From the IMG/VR virus record IMGVR_UViG_2778261396_000003: a stretch of 36,024 nt of DNA. The stretch is one strand, 5' to 3'. Positions 28,078 to 36,024 of this stretch are shown piece by piece. The notes under the pieces were generated by a model that was given only the letters and a program-made list of their open reading frames with translations, was not told the DNA's origin and did not search any database. This DNA comes from a virus (Duplodnaviria; Heunggongvirae; Uroviricota; Caudoviricetes). Position numbers and translations under genes: made by a program. Position 1 is the stretch's first letter. Each line of letters opens with the position of its first letter.

Positions 28078-28211
28078 CGGTTGACGATCTGGTGGCTGAT
28101 ATCGCCACCATCTTTCACTGGCCGCCATCCGTTACTGACGTTATGCCGCTGACCGAAGTGCTGGAATGGCGGTATAAAGCGATTCAGAGAAGCGGGGCTA
28201 ACGATGAGTGA
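27775..28211 (+). CDS. E': E+E' frameshift fusion product (-1 shift at T-TTT-TTG, 28032-28038)
   Basis: Hand translation of the -1 frame from 28038 stays open to TGA at 28209-28211, overlapping T start, as in P2 E/E'. Confidence 0.55.
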
Positions 28212-31200
28212 TAATAACCTGCGCCTGCAGGTCATTCTTAATGCGGTTGACAAACTCACCCGCCCATTCCGTGCTGCACAGGCCAGTTCGAAAGAGCTGG
28301 CTGGCGCAATCAGAAACTCCCGTGACGCATTAAAGCAACTCAATCAGGCGGGTAACAGCCTGGAAAAATTTCGCAAGCTGCAGGCCGATAACAAAAAGTT
28401 AGGCGACAGGCTGAACTATGCCAGACAGAAGGCAAATTTGCTTAGTTCTGAGCTGGAAGCGATGGAACAACCATCACAACGGCACCTTGTGGCTTTAGGT
28501 CGGCAAACGCTGGCAGTCCAACGCCTGGAAGAACAACAAAAATATTTGCAGAAGCAAACGGCGCTTGTGCGTGCAGAACTGTACCGGGCGGGAATTTCTG
28601 CGAAAGATGATGCGGGAGCAACTGCCCGTTTAGCCCGTGAAACATCACGTTATAACCAGGAACTGTCGAAACAGGAGGCGCGGCTGAAGCGACTGGGGGA
28701 AGCTCAGCGCAGGATGAATGCAGCGCGTGCCAGTTATGCCCGCTCGCTGGAGGTGCGCGATCGCATCGCAGGAGCCGGAGCCACCACCACGGCGGCAGGG
28801 CTGGCAATGGGGACGCCAGTGATGGCGGCAGTAAAAAGCTATACCAGCATGGAAGATGCCATGAAAGGTGTGGCAAAGCAGGTCAATGGTCTGCGTGACG
28901 ATAATGGCAACCGCACTGCACGTTTTTATGAAATGCAGGATGCCATCAAAGCTGCCAGCGAACAGTTGCCGATGGAAAACGGTGCGGTGGACTTCGCTGC
29001 ACTGGTTGAAGGTGGTGCGCGTATGAACGTTGCAAACCCTGACGACAGCTGGGAGGACCAGAAACGTGACCTGCTGGCCTTCGCCAGTACGGCAGCAAAG
29101 GCGGCAACAGCCTTTGAGCTGCCAGCGGATGAACTGTCAGAAAGTCTGGGGAAAATCGCCCAGCTCTACAAAATCCCTACCCGCAATATTGAACAGCTCG
29201 GTGATGCGCTGAACTATCTGGATGATAACGCCATGTCGAAAGGGGCAGACATCATTGATGTCATGCAACGCCTGGGCGGTGTGGCTGATCGTCTGGATTA
29301 TCGTAAAGCGGCGGCGCTGGGTTCCACCTTCCTGACACTGGGCGCTGCGCCAGAGGTTGCAGCCAGTGCAGCAAACGCGATGGTGCGTGAATTGTCCATT
29401 GCCACCATGCAGAGCAAGAGTTTCTTTGAAGGGATGAATCTGCTGAAACTCAATCCTGAAGTGATTGAAAAGCAGATGACGAAGGATGCGATGGGAACCA
29501 TCCAGCGCGTGCTGGAGAAGGTGAACGCACTGCCGCAGGATAAGCGCCTGTCTGCCATGACCATGTTGTTTGGTAAAGAGTTTGGCGATGACGCAGCGAA
29601 ACTGGCAAACAACCTTCCGGAACTGCAGCGCCAGCTAAAACTGACAGCGGGCAATGATGCGCTCGGTTCCATGCAGAAAGAATCCGACATCAACAAGGAC
29701 TCACTTTCTGCTCAGTGGTTGCTGGTCAAAACCGGAGCGCAGAACACCTTCAGCAGCCTGGGCGAAACGCTGCGCCAGCCGCTGATGGATATTCTGTACA
29801 CGGTGAAAAGCGTCACAGGGGCGTTGCGTCGCTGGGTGGAAGCTAACCCGGAACTGACAGGCACACTGATGAAAGTAGCCGCTGTGGTGGCTGCCGTTAC
29901 CGTGGGCCTCGGCACCTTAGCGGTGGCGCTGGCTGCAGTGCTGGGGCCGCTGGCAGTGATCCGTCTGGGATTCTCTGTGCTGGGTATCAAAATGTTACCT
30001 TCCGTTACGGCAGCAGTAACTCGAACCAGCAGCGCGTTGTCCTGGCTGGCTGGCGCACCACTGGCACTGCTGCGACGCGGGCTTGCTTCATCGGGCAACG
30101 CCGCAGGTTTACTTACTGCGCCGTTGTCGTCTTTGCGCCGCACGGCATCACTGACGGGAAATGTCCTGAAAACGGTAGCAGGTGCGCCGGTTGCACTTGT
30201 GCGGTCTGGATTATCCGGGTTACGTGCGGTTGCTGTGATGTTTATGAATCCACTGGCAGCACTACGCGGTGGACTGGCTGCCGCAGGCGCGGTGCTGCGT
30301 GTGCTGGCATCCGGTCCGCTGGCGATGCTGCGCGTTGCCCTGTATGCCGTATCTGGTCTGTTAGGTGCTCTGCTCAGTCCGATAGGTCTTGTGGTTACTG
30401 CACTGGCGGGCGTGGCGCTGGTTGTCTGGAAATACTGGCAACCCATCACCGCATTTCTCGGTGGCGTGGTGGAAGGATTCAAAGCGGCGGCAGGTCCCAT
30501 CAGTGCTGCATTCGAACCGCTTAAGCCCGTGTTTCAGTGGATTGGCGACAAAGTACAGGCGCTGTGGGGCTGGTTTACTGATCTGCTGACGCCCGTTAAG
30601 TCGACCTCTGCCGAACTGCAGAGTGCAGCGGCAATGGGGCGGCGATTCGGGGAGGCACTGGCGGAAGGGCTGAATATGGTCATGCATCCGCTGGACTCCC
30701 TGAAATCCGGCGTTTCCTGGTTGCTGGAGAAACTCGGCATTGTCAGTAAAGAGGGCGCAAAGGCAAAACTACCGGAAAGCGTGACGCGTCAGCAACCTGC
30801 GACGGTGAATGCAGACGGTAAAGTGATGATGCCATCGGGTGATTTTCCGTCATGGGGATATGGCTTTGCGGGTATGTATGACAGCGGCGGCTATATCCCG
30901 CGTGGGCAGTTTGGCATCGTCGGTGAAAACGGGCCGGAAATTGTTAACGGCCCGGCAAACGTGACCAGCCGGAGAAATACAGCTGCACTGGCTGCCGTTG
31001 TCGCCGGAATGATGGGCGTTGCTGCCGCGCCAGCAGAGCTTCCACCGTTGCATCCTTTGGCGCTTCCCGCGAAAGGCGGTGAAGCGATGGTGAGTCGTGC
31101 AGCTACTGTGCCGCCCATTTACCGGATTGAAGCACCGACGCAGATCATCATCCAGACACAGCCAGGACAAAGTGCGCAGGATATTGCGCGGGAGGTGGCC

Positions 31201-31281
31201 CGCCAGCTTGATGAACGTGAACGCAGGTTGAAGGCAAAAGCCAGGAGTAACTACAGCGATCAGGGGGGATACGACGCATGA
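28204..31281 (+). CDS. T: Tail tape measure protein (P2 gpT-like), 1025 aa
   Basis: Largest tail-operon ORF; coiled-coil N-terminal part and Ala/Leu/Gly-rich hydrophobic repeats. Confidence 0.9.
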   Translation: MSDNNLRLQVILNAVDKLTRPFRAAQASSKELAGAIRNSRDALKQLNQAGNSLEKFRKLQADNKKLGDRLNYARQKANLLSSELEAMEQPSQRHLVALGRQTLAVQRLEEQQKYLQKQTALVRAELYRAGISAKDDAGATARLARETSRYNQELSKQEARLKRLGEAQRRMNAARASYARSLEVRDRIAGAGATTTAAGLAMGTPVMAAVKSYTSMEDAMKGVAKQVNGLRDDNGNRTARFYEMQDAIKAASEQLPMENGAVDFAALVEGGARMNVANPDDSWEDQKRDLLAFASTAAKAATAFELPADELSESLGKIAQLYKIPTRNIEQLGDALNYLDDNAMSKGADIIDVMQRLGGVADRLDYRKAAALGSTFLTLGAAPEVAASAANAMVRELSIATMQSKSFFEGMNLLKLNPEVIEKQMTKDAMGTIQRVLEKVNALPQDKRLSAMTMLFGKEFGDDAAKLANNLPELQRQLKLTAGNDALGSMQKESDINKDSLSAQWLLVKTGAQNTFSSLGETLRQPLMDILYTVKSVTGALRRWVEANPELTGTLMKVAAVVAAVTVGLGTLAVALAAVLGPLAVIRLGFSVLGIKMLPSVTAAVTRTSSALSWLAGAPLALLRRGLASSGNAAGLLTAPLSSLRRTASLTGNVLKTVAGAPVALVRSGLSGLRAVAVMFMNPLAALRGGLAAAGAVLRVLASGPLAMLRVALYAVSGLLGALLSPIGLVVTALAGVALVVWKYWQPITAFLGGVVEGFKAAAGPISAAFEPLKPVFQWIGDKVQALWGWFTDLLTPVKSTSAELQSAAAMGRRFGEALAEGLNMVMHPLDSLKSGVSWLLEKLGIVSKEGAKAKLPESVTRQQPATVNADGKVMMPSGDFPSWGYGFAGMYDSGGYIPRGQFGIVGENGPEIVNGPANVTSRRNTAALAAVVAGMMGVAAAPAELPPLHPLALPAKGGEAMVSRAATVPPIYRIEAPTQIIIQTQPGQSAQDIAREVARQLDERERRLKAKARSNYSDQGGYDA

Positions 31282-31763
31282 TGATGGTGCTGGGATTGTA
31301 CGTGTTTATGCTGCGCACCGTGCCGTATCAGGAACTGCAGTATCAACGCAGCTGGCGACATGCGGCTAACAGCCGGGTAAATCGTCGTCCGTCCACGCAG
31401 TTTCTGGGACCGGACAACGACATGCTGACGCTTTCCGGTGTTCTTATGCCGGAGATAACAGGCGGCAGGCTGTCGTTGCTGGCACTTGAGCAGATGGCAG
31501 AACAGGGGAAAGCATGGCCCCTGATTGAAGGCAGCGGCACGATTTACGGCATGTATGTGATTGAGGGACTGAATCAGACTAAAACGGAGTTTTTCCGCGA
31601 CGGTATGCCGCGCCGGATTGAGTTCACCCTGTCGCTCAAACGGGTGGATGAATCCCTGTCCGATATGTTCGGTGATCTCAGTGCGCAGCTGAATAATCTG
31701 CAGGACACGGCAACATCTGCATTAAGCGATATCAGTAAAACGGTGGGAGGGCTGCTGTCGTGA
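31278..31763 (+). CDS. U: Tail protein (P2 gpU-like), 161 aa
   Basis: Position and size. Confidence 0.85.
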   Translation: MMMVLGLYVFMLRTVPYQELQYQRSWRHAANSRVNRRPSTQFLGPDNDMLTLSGVLMPEITGGRLSLLALEQMAEQGKAWPLIEGSGTIYGMYVIEGLNQTKTEFFRDGMPRRIEFTLSLKRVDESLSDMFGDLSAQLNNLQDTATSALSDISKTVGGLLS

Positions 31764-32860
31764 ATTTCAGCTCTGAACTGCTTAACAAAGGCAACAAAAC
31801 TCCTGCATTCAGCATCAGTATTGAGGGCAGGGATATCACTACTGTGCTGGATAACCGCCTGATGAGTCTGACGCTGACGGACAATCGGGGATTTGAAGCG
31901 GACCAGCTTGATCTGGAGCTGGACGACGCCGACGGAAAAATCGTGCTGCCGCGCCGTGGTGCGGTCATTACGCTGGCGCTGGGGTGGAAGGGGCAGCCGC
32001 TTTTCCCGAAAGGGGCATTCACGGTGGACGAGATTGAACACACTGGCGCACCGGACCGCCTGACTATCCGGGCGCGAAGTGCTGATTTTCGTGAAACGCT
32101 GAATACCCGCCGTGAAAAATCGTGGCACAAGACCACCGTTGGGGAAGTCGTGAAGGAAATATCTGCGCGGCACAAACTGAAGATGGCATTGGGTGAAGAC
32201 CTGTCGGATAAACCCGTGGAGCATATAGACCAGACCAATGAGAGTGACGGCAGTTTTCTGATGCGGCTGGCGCGCCAGTACGGTGCTATTGCGTCGGTGA
32301 AAAATGGCAATCTGTTATTCATCCGGCAGGGACAGGGTAAAAGCGCCAGCGGTAAACCACTACCGGTTATCACTATCACACGTAAGGACGGCGACAGTCA
32401 CCGCTTTACCCTGGCAGATCGCGGAGCCTACACGGGCGTAATTGCCAGCTGGTTGCATACCCGCGAACCCGCGAAGAAAGAAAGCACCACGGTGAAGCGT
32501 AAGCGCAGGACTAAGAAGCAGAAGAAAGAGCCGGAAGCGAAGCAGGGCGATTACCTGGTGGGTACGGATGAAAACGTGCTGGTACTTAATCGCACTTATG
32601 CCAACCGGAGCAACGCCGAACGAGCGGCGAAAATGCAGTGGGAACGCCTGCAACGCGGCGTTGCGTCATTCTCGTTACAACTGGCGGAAGGGCGGGCAGA
32701 TCTCTACACGGAAATGCCAGTGAAAGTCAGTGGCTTTAAACAGCCGATAGATGATGCGGAATGGACCATTACGACTCTGACGCATACCGTAAGCCCGGAT
32801 AATGGTTTTACGACCAGTCTGGAGCTTGAAGTGAGGATTGATGATTTCGAAATGGAATGA
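31760..32860 (+). CDS. D: Tail protein (P2 gpD-like), 366 aa
   Basis: Position and size. Confidence 0.85.
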   Translation: MNFSSELLNKGNKTPAFSISIEGRDITTVLDNRLMSLTLTDNRGFEADQLDLELDDADGKIVLPRRGAVITLALGWKGQPLFPKGAFTVDEIEHTGAPDRLTIRARSADFRETLNTRREKSWHKTTVGEVVKEISARHKLKMALGEDLSDKPVEHIDQTNESDGSFLMRLARQYGAIASVKNGNLLFIRQGQGKSASGKPLPVITITRKDGDSHRFTLADRGAYTGVIASWLHTREPAKKESTTVKRKRRTKKQKKEPEAKQGDYLVGTDENVLVLNRTYANRSNAERAAKMQWERLQRGVASFSLQLAEGRADLYTEMPVKVSGFKQPIDDAEWTITTLTHTVSPDNGFTTSLELEVRIDDFEME

Positions 32861-32950
32861 TTCTTCGCAATGGAGAACTTTTAAGTTTGCAAAATGGAAT
32901 AATGCGGTATCATTATTGTGAATTTAGCAAAAATGGGGAGAACTCGAAAA

Positions 32951-33169
32951 ATGATGATTTGCCCACTGTGTGGAAGTGCCGCCCATACTCGCAGCAGTTT
33001 TCAGGTATCTTCATTGACCAAAGAGCGTTACAACCAGTGCCAGAACATTAACTGCAGCCATACTTTTGTTACCCATGAAACTTTTGTTCGTTCGATTGCA
33101 ACGCCAAAAGAGTCAAATCCGGTTCAGCCGCATCCAATGAAATCAGGACAGGTGGCGCTCTCTCTTTGA
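32951..33169 (+). CDS. ogr: Late-gene transcriptional activator, zinc-finger Ogr/Delta family, 72 aa
   Basis: MMICPLCGSAAHTRSS...KERYNQCQNINCSHTF...PHPMKSGQ resembles P2 Ogr as recalled (CPLC...CQNVNC); last phage gene before the host junction. Confidence 0.8.
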   Translation: MMICPLCGSAAHTRSSFQVSSLTKERYNQCQNINCSHTFVTHETFVRSIATPKESNPVQPHPMKSGQVALSL

Positions 33170-33255
33170 CGCTGCCGCCATTTTGTCGCCATCGTTAAAA
33201 AACAGTGATTCTAACATCATGATTTTAAACATCTTAAATTTCAGGCAACAAAAAA

Positions 33256-33292
33256 CCCATCAACCTTGAACCGAAATGGCGGGGTTGATGGG
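33256..33292. terminator. Perfect 10-bp inverted repeat CCCATCAACC...GGTTGATGGG (17-nt loop) in the ogr/ybjL convergent intergenic region; possible bidirectional terminator or junction element
   Basis: Read directly; preceded by an A-run. Loop is long for a classical terminator. Confidence 0.35.
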
Positions 33293-33404
33293 CTCCACAA
33301 AATGGGGACATCAAAGAAAAGCAGTGGCACTAATTAAGACTGATGCCCTGCGGAAAAGTTCTGCGGTTGTGCAAAAAAATTTCATTTTCAGGGCAACTTC
33401 AGTT

Positions 33405-35090
33405 TTATCCTAATCCTGGCCATACCATGACGATGATTGTCCCTGCCAGCGTCAGCAGGACGTTGGCGATTGCATAGGTGCCCGCATAGCCCAGCGCCGG
33501 GATGTTACTGCGAGCTGTATCACTGATGATCTCCATTGCCGGCGCGCAGGTACGTGCGCCCATCATTGCGCCGAACAACAGTGCGCGGTTCATTCGCAAT
33601 ACATAAGCACCGAACAAGAAACAGATAACCACGGGCACCAGACTGACAATCAATCCGGCAATCAACATCTGACCGCCAATCGCGCCCAGGCCGTTATTAA
33701 TACCGCTACCGGCGCTCAGACCAACGCCTGCCATAAACACCATCAAGCCGAACTCTTTCACCATGCTTAATGCACCCTGCGGAATGTAACCGAAGGTCGG
33801 GTGGTTAGCACGCATAAAGCCCAGCATAATTCCGGCGAATAACAACCCGGCAGCGTTCCCCATGCCGAAACTGAATGTGCTGAACTGGAAGGTGATCATC
33901 CCGATCATCAGCCCAATAACAAAGAAGGCGCAGAATGCCAGCAGGTCAGTGACCTGGCTGTGAATCGAGATAAAGCCGATGCGATCGGCGATGGTTTTTA
34001 CGCGGCGGGCATCGCCGCTGACTTGTAAAACGTCACCTTTGTTAAGCACGACGTTGTCATCTATCGGCATCTCAATCTGGCTACGAATGACGCGGTTAAG
34101 GAAGCAACCGTGATCGGTCAACTTCAGTTGTGCGAGACGTTTACCTACAGCGTTATGGTTTTTAACGACCACTTCTTCAGTGACGATACGCATGTCGAGA
34201 AGGTCACGATCGAAAACTTCTTTACCGTTACGGAAGCTGGGATCGAGTCGGGCATGGGCGTCGGGATAGCCTACCAACGCTATTTCATCGCCCATTTGTA
34301 GCACGGCATCACCGTCTGGATTTGCCAGAATCCCGTTACGTCGAATACGTTCAATGTAGCAGCCGGTTTGTCGATAAATACCCAGTTCACGCAGATTTTT
34401 GCCGTCGGTCCAGGCCACCAGTTCCGGGCCGACGCGATAGGCGCGGATCACCGGTAAATAAACCTTACGGTTGGCATCAGTGTCCAGGCCACGTTCGCGG
34501 GCGATTTGCTGGGCGCTGGTCTGTAAGTCCTGATGCTGCAATTTCGGCAAGTAACGCGCACCAACAATCAAACTCACCAGACCGATTAAATAGGTTAAGG
34601 CATACCCGAGGCTCAGATTATCCAGTGCCAGTGAGAGCTGCCTGCTTTCCATGCCGGAATGACGCAGTGTATCGCCAGCACCGACCAGAACCGGTGTCGA
34701 CGTCATAGAGCCTGCTAACATACCGGCCGTCAGGCCAATATCCCAGCCAAACAGCTTACCTAACCCTAAGGCGATCACCAGCGCACTGCCAACCATCACC
34801 AGTGCTAACATTAGGTAATTTTTCCCATCGCGAAAAAAAATGGAAAAAAAGTTCGGTCCGGCTTCGACCCCGACGCAGAAAATAAACAGCATAAAGCCAA
34901 GATTAAGCGCATCGGTGTTAATGCTGAAATGTTGTTGGCCTAATAACAGCGATACGACTAAAACGCCAATGGAATTACCCAGTTGGATCGAACCAAGTCG
35001 TAACTTTCCGAGACATAGCCCAAGCGCGAGGACCACAAATAATAACAGAATGTAATTCCCATTTAACAATTCGGCGACGTTTATATTCAC
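33405..35090 (-). CDS. ybjL: Putative transport protein YbjL (membrane transporter with duplicated TM domains and central TrkA-C-like region), 561 aa
   Basis: [29 protein letters not shown]... matches E. coli YbjL as recalled; host context with ybjM and grxA. Confidence 0.8.
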
Positions 35091-35359
35091 GGAGGCTAAC
35101 TTCTTGTTTACTAGTAAGCTGTTGAAAGAAATGGTAATTTACGATAATGTTTTTTACCAGAATTCAGGGCGCAGATTCATTCAGCGCACCTAAACGATAG
35201 TAAAGTAACAATATATTTTACTAGTGTAATCACATTAGGTATCAACGGCTATATGAATTGCGTTGGCCTATATTAGCATGGAATGCGAAGCGGCTTTATC
35301 TTACTGAACGCCACACTGGCGAAAAATGTGTTCGATAGACGCAGTGTCAGGAGGAACGA

Positions 35360-35737
35360 GTGAAACATAAACAACGTTGGGCGGGGGCAATCTGCTGTTT
35401 TGTCCTCTTCATTGTGGTGTGCCTTTTTCTGGCGACGCACATGAAAGGCGCTTTTCGGGCTGCCGGGCATCCTGAAATCGGCTTGCTATTTTTCATTCTT
35501 CCTGGAGCAGTCGCCAGCTTCTTTTCACAGCGTAGAGAAGTCCTGAAACCTCTGTTTGGCGCAATGCTGGCGGCACCCTGTTCGATGCTCATTATGCGGC
35601 TGTTTTTTTCACCGACGCGCTCATTCTGGCAAGAGCTGGCATGGTTATTAAGTGCGGTGTTCTGGTGTGCGCTGGGGGCACTGTGTTTCTTATTTATCAG
35701 TAGTTTGTTTAAACCACAGCACAGAAAAAATCAGTAA
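35360..35737 (+). CDS. ybjM: Inner membrane protein YbjM, 125 aa
   Basis: Small polytopic membrane protein between ybjL and grxA as in E. coli. Confidence 0.7.
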   Translation: MKHKQRWAGAICCFVLFIVVCLFLATHMKGAFRAAGHPEIGLLFFILPGAVASFFSQRREVLKPLFGAMLAAPCSMLIMRLFFSPTRSFWQELAWLLSAVFWCALGALCFLFISSLFKPQHRKNQ

Positions 35738-35758
35738 AGCCCTCAACGCGAGGGCTTG
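35738..35758. terminator. Hairpin AAGCCCTCAACGCGAGGGCTT between convergent ybjM and grxA
   Basis: GC-rich 7-bp stem GCCCTCG/CGAGGGC with short loop directly after ybjM stop. Confidence 0.45.
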
Positions 35759-35766
35759 TCAGACGA

Positions 35767-36024
35767 TCAGGCGTCCAGATTTTCTTTCACCCATGCAGCA
35801 AAATCGGTATAGCCGCCGATATGTTGCTGATCGACAAAAATCTGCGGCACGGTTTCTACGGGTTTACCTGCCTTTTGTTGTAGATCTTCTTTAGTGATCC
35901 CTTCCGCACGAATATCTACATAGTGATACTGAAAATCATCGTGTTCATTGCTCAATTTCTCAGCCAGATCTTTTGCACGCACACAGTAAGGGCAACCCGG
36001 ACGACCAAAAATAACGGTTTGCAT
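35767..36024 (-). CDS. grxA: Glutaredoxin 1, 85 aa
   Basis: CPYC active site (GRPGCPYCVRAK) and overall match to E. coli GrxA; start codon is the last 3 nt of the window. Confidence 0.9.
   Translation of the reverse strand: MQTVIFGRPGCPYCVRAKDLAEKLSNEHDDFQYHYVDIRAEGITKEDLQQKAGKPVETVPQIFVDQQHIGGYTDFAAWVKENLDA

Larger units (their letters stand above)
1..33400. mobile_element. P2/186-family prophage, int through ogr; right junction somewhere in ~33170-33404, attL at or beyond window start
   Basis: Full syntenic P2-like gene set in prophage order, flanked on the right by host genes ybjL-ybjM-grxA. No att core repeat could be identified inside the window. Confidence 0.85.

Noticed and set aside
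29712-30500. 262-aa minus-strand ORF (and neighbouring minus-strand ORFs 28442-28876, 29298-29696, 30361-30687) inside the tape-measure gene
   Set aside because: Entirely embedded antisense in a long, well-supported gene; Ala/Pro/Ser/Arg-rich low-complexity translation typical of shadow ORFs in GC-rich DNA; no RBS context.
31574-32379. Two overlapping minus-strand ORFs (216 aa, 215 aa) opposite gpD
   Set aside because: Antisense to a conserved tail gene; Arg/Ser-rich translations without recognisable features.
33256-33292. Considered whether the 10-bp-stem hairpin is the att core
   Set aside because: No matching copy could be found at the left end inside the window, so it is reported only as a hairpin or possible terminator.
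1-36024. Searched for CRISPR arrays, tRNA/rRNA genes and IS elements
   Set aside because: No regularly spaced direct repeats, no cloverleaf-like or rRNA-like segments, and no transposase with terminal inverted repeats were recognised. The only recombinases are the phage integrase and the tail-fibre invertase.

Overview
The window is almost entirely one integrated P2/186-family prophage (about 33.2 kb), running from the integrase (stop codon at position 1-3) to ogr (ends 33169), followed by host E. coli-type genes ybjL, ybjM and grxA. Gene order is the classic prophage order: int, accessory gene, 186-type cI (all leftward), pR/operator, apl-cII early operon, dam, replication gene A, SOS-box module, cos-like site, accessory pair, Q-P (leftward), then O N M L X, lysis genes, R S V W J I H G, an invertible tail-fibre segment with invertase, FI FII E/E' T U D ogr. 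Three things are not part of the conserved P2 core and are the best candidates for something new. (1) A translationally coupled pair at 9750-11062: a GHKL/Bergerat-type ATPase plus a small protein I tentatively read as STAS-like, AT-rich, sitting in the variable cos-proximal hotspot where P2 carries tin/old. (2) A 558-aa membrane-anchored coiled-coil protein at 1115-2791 whose C-terminus looks like a GIY-YIG/T5orf172-type domain, wedged between cI and int in the lysogenic operon. (3) A LexA-box-controlled two-gene module (small ORF plus DinI-like protein) between A and cos. Also notable are a Gin/Hin-type tail-fibre inversion switch with both 26-bp crossover sites visible, a P1-Lyz-like SAR endolysin, and an E/E' -1 frameshift site. 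All domain and family calls are from reading the sequence and translations by eye; no database or HMM search was run, so they are hypotheses until checked.
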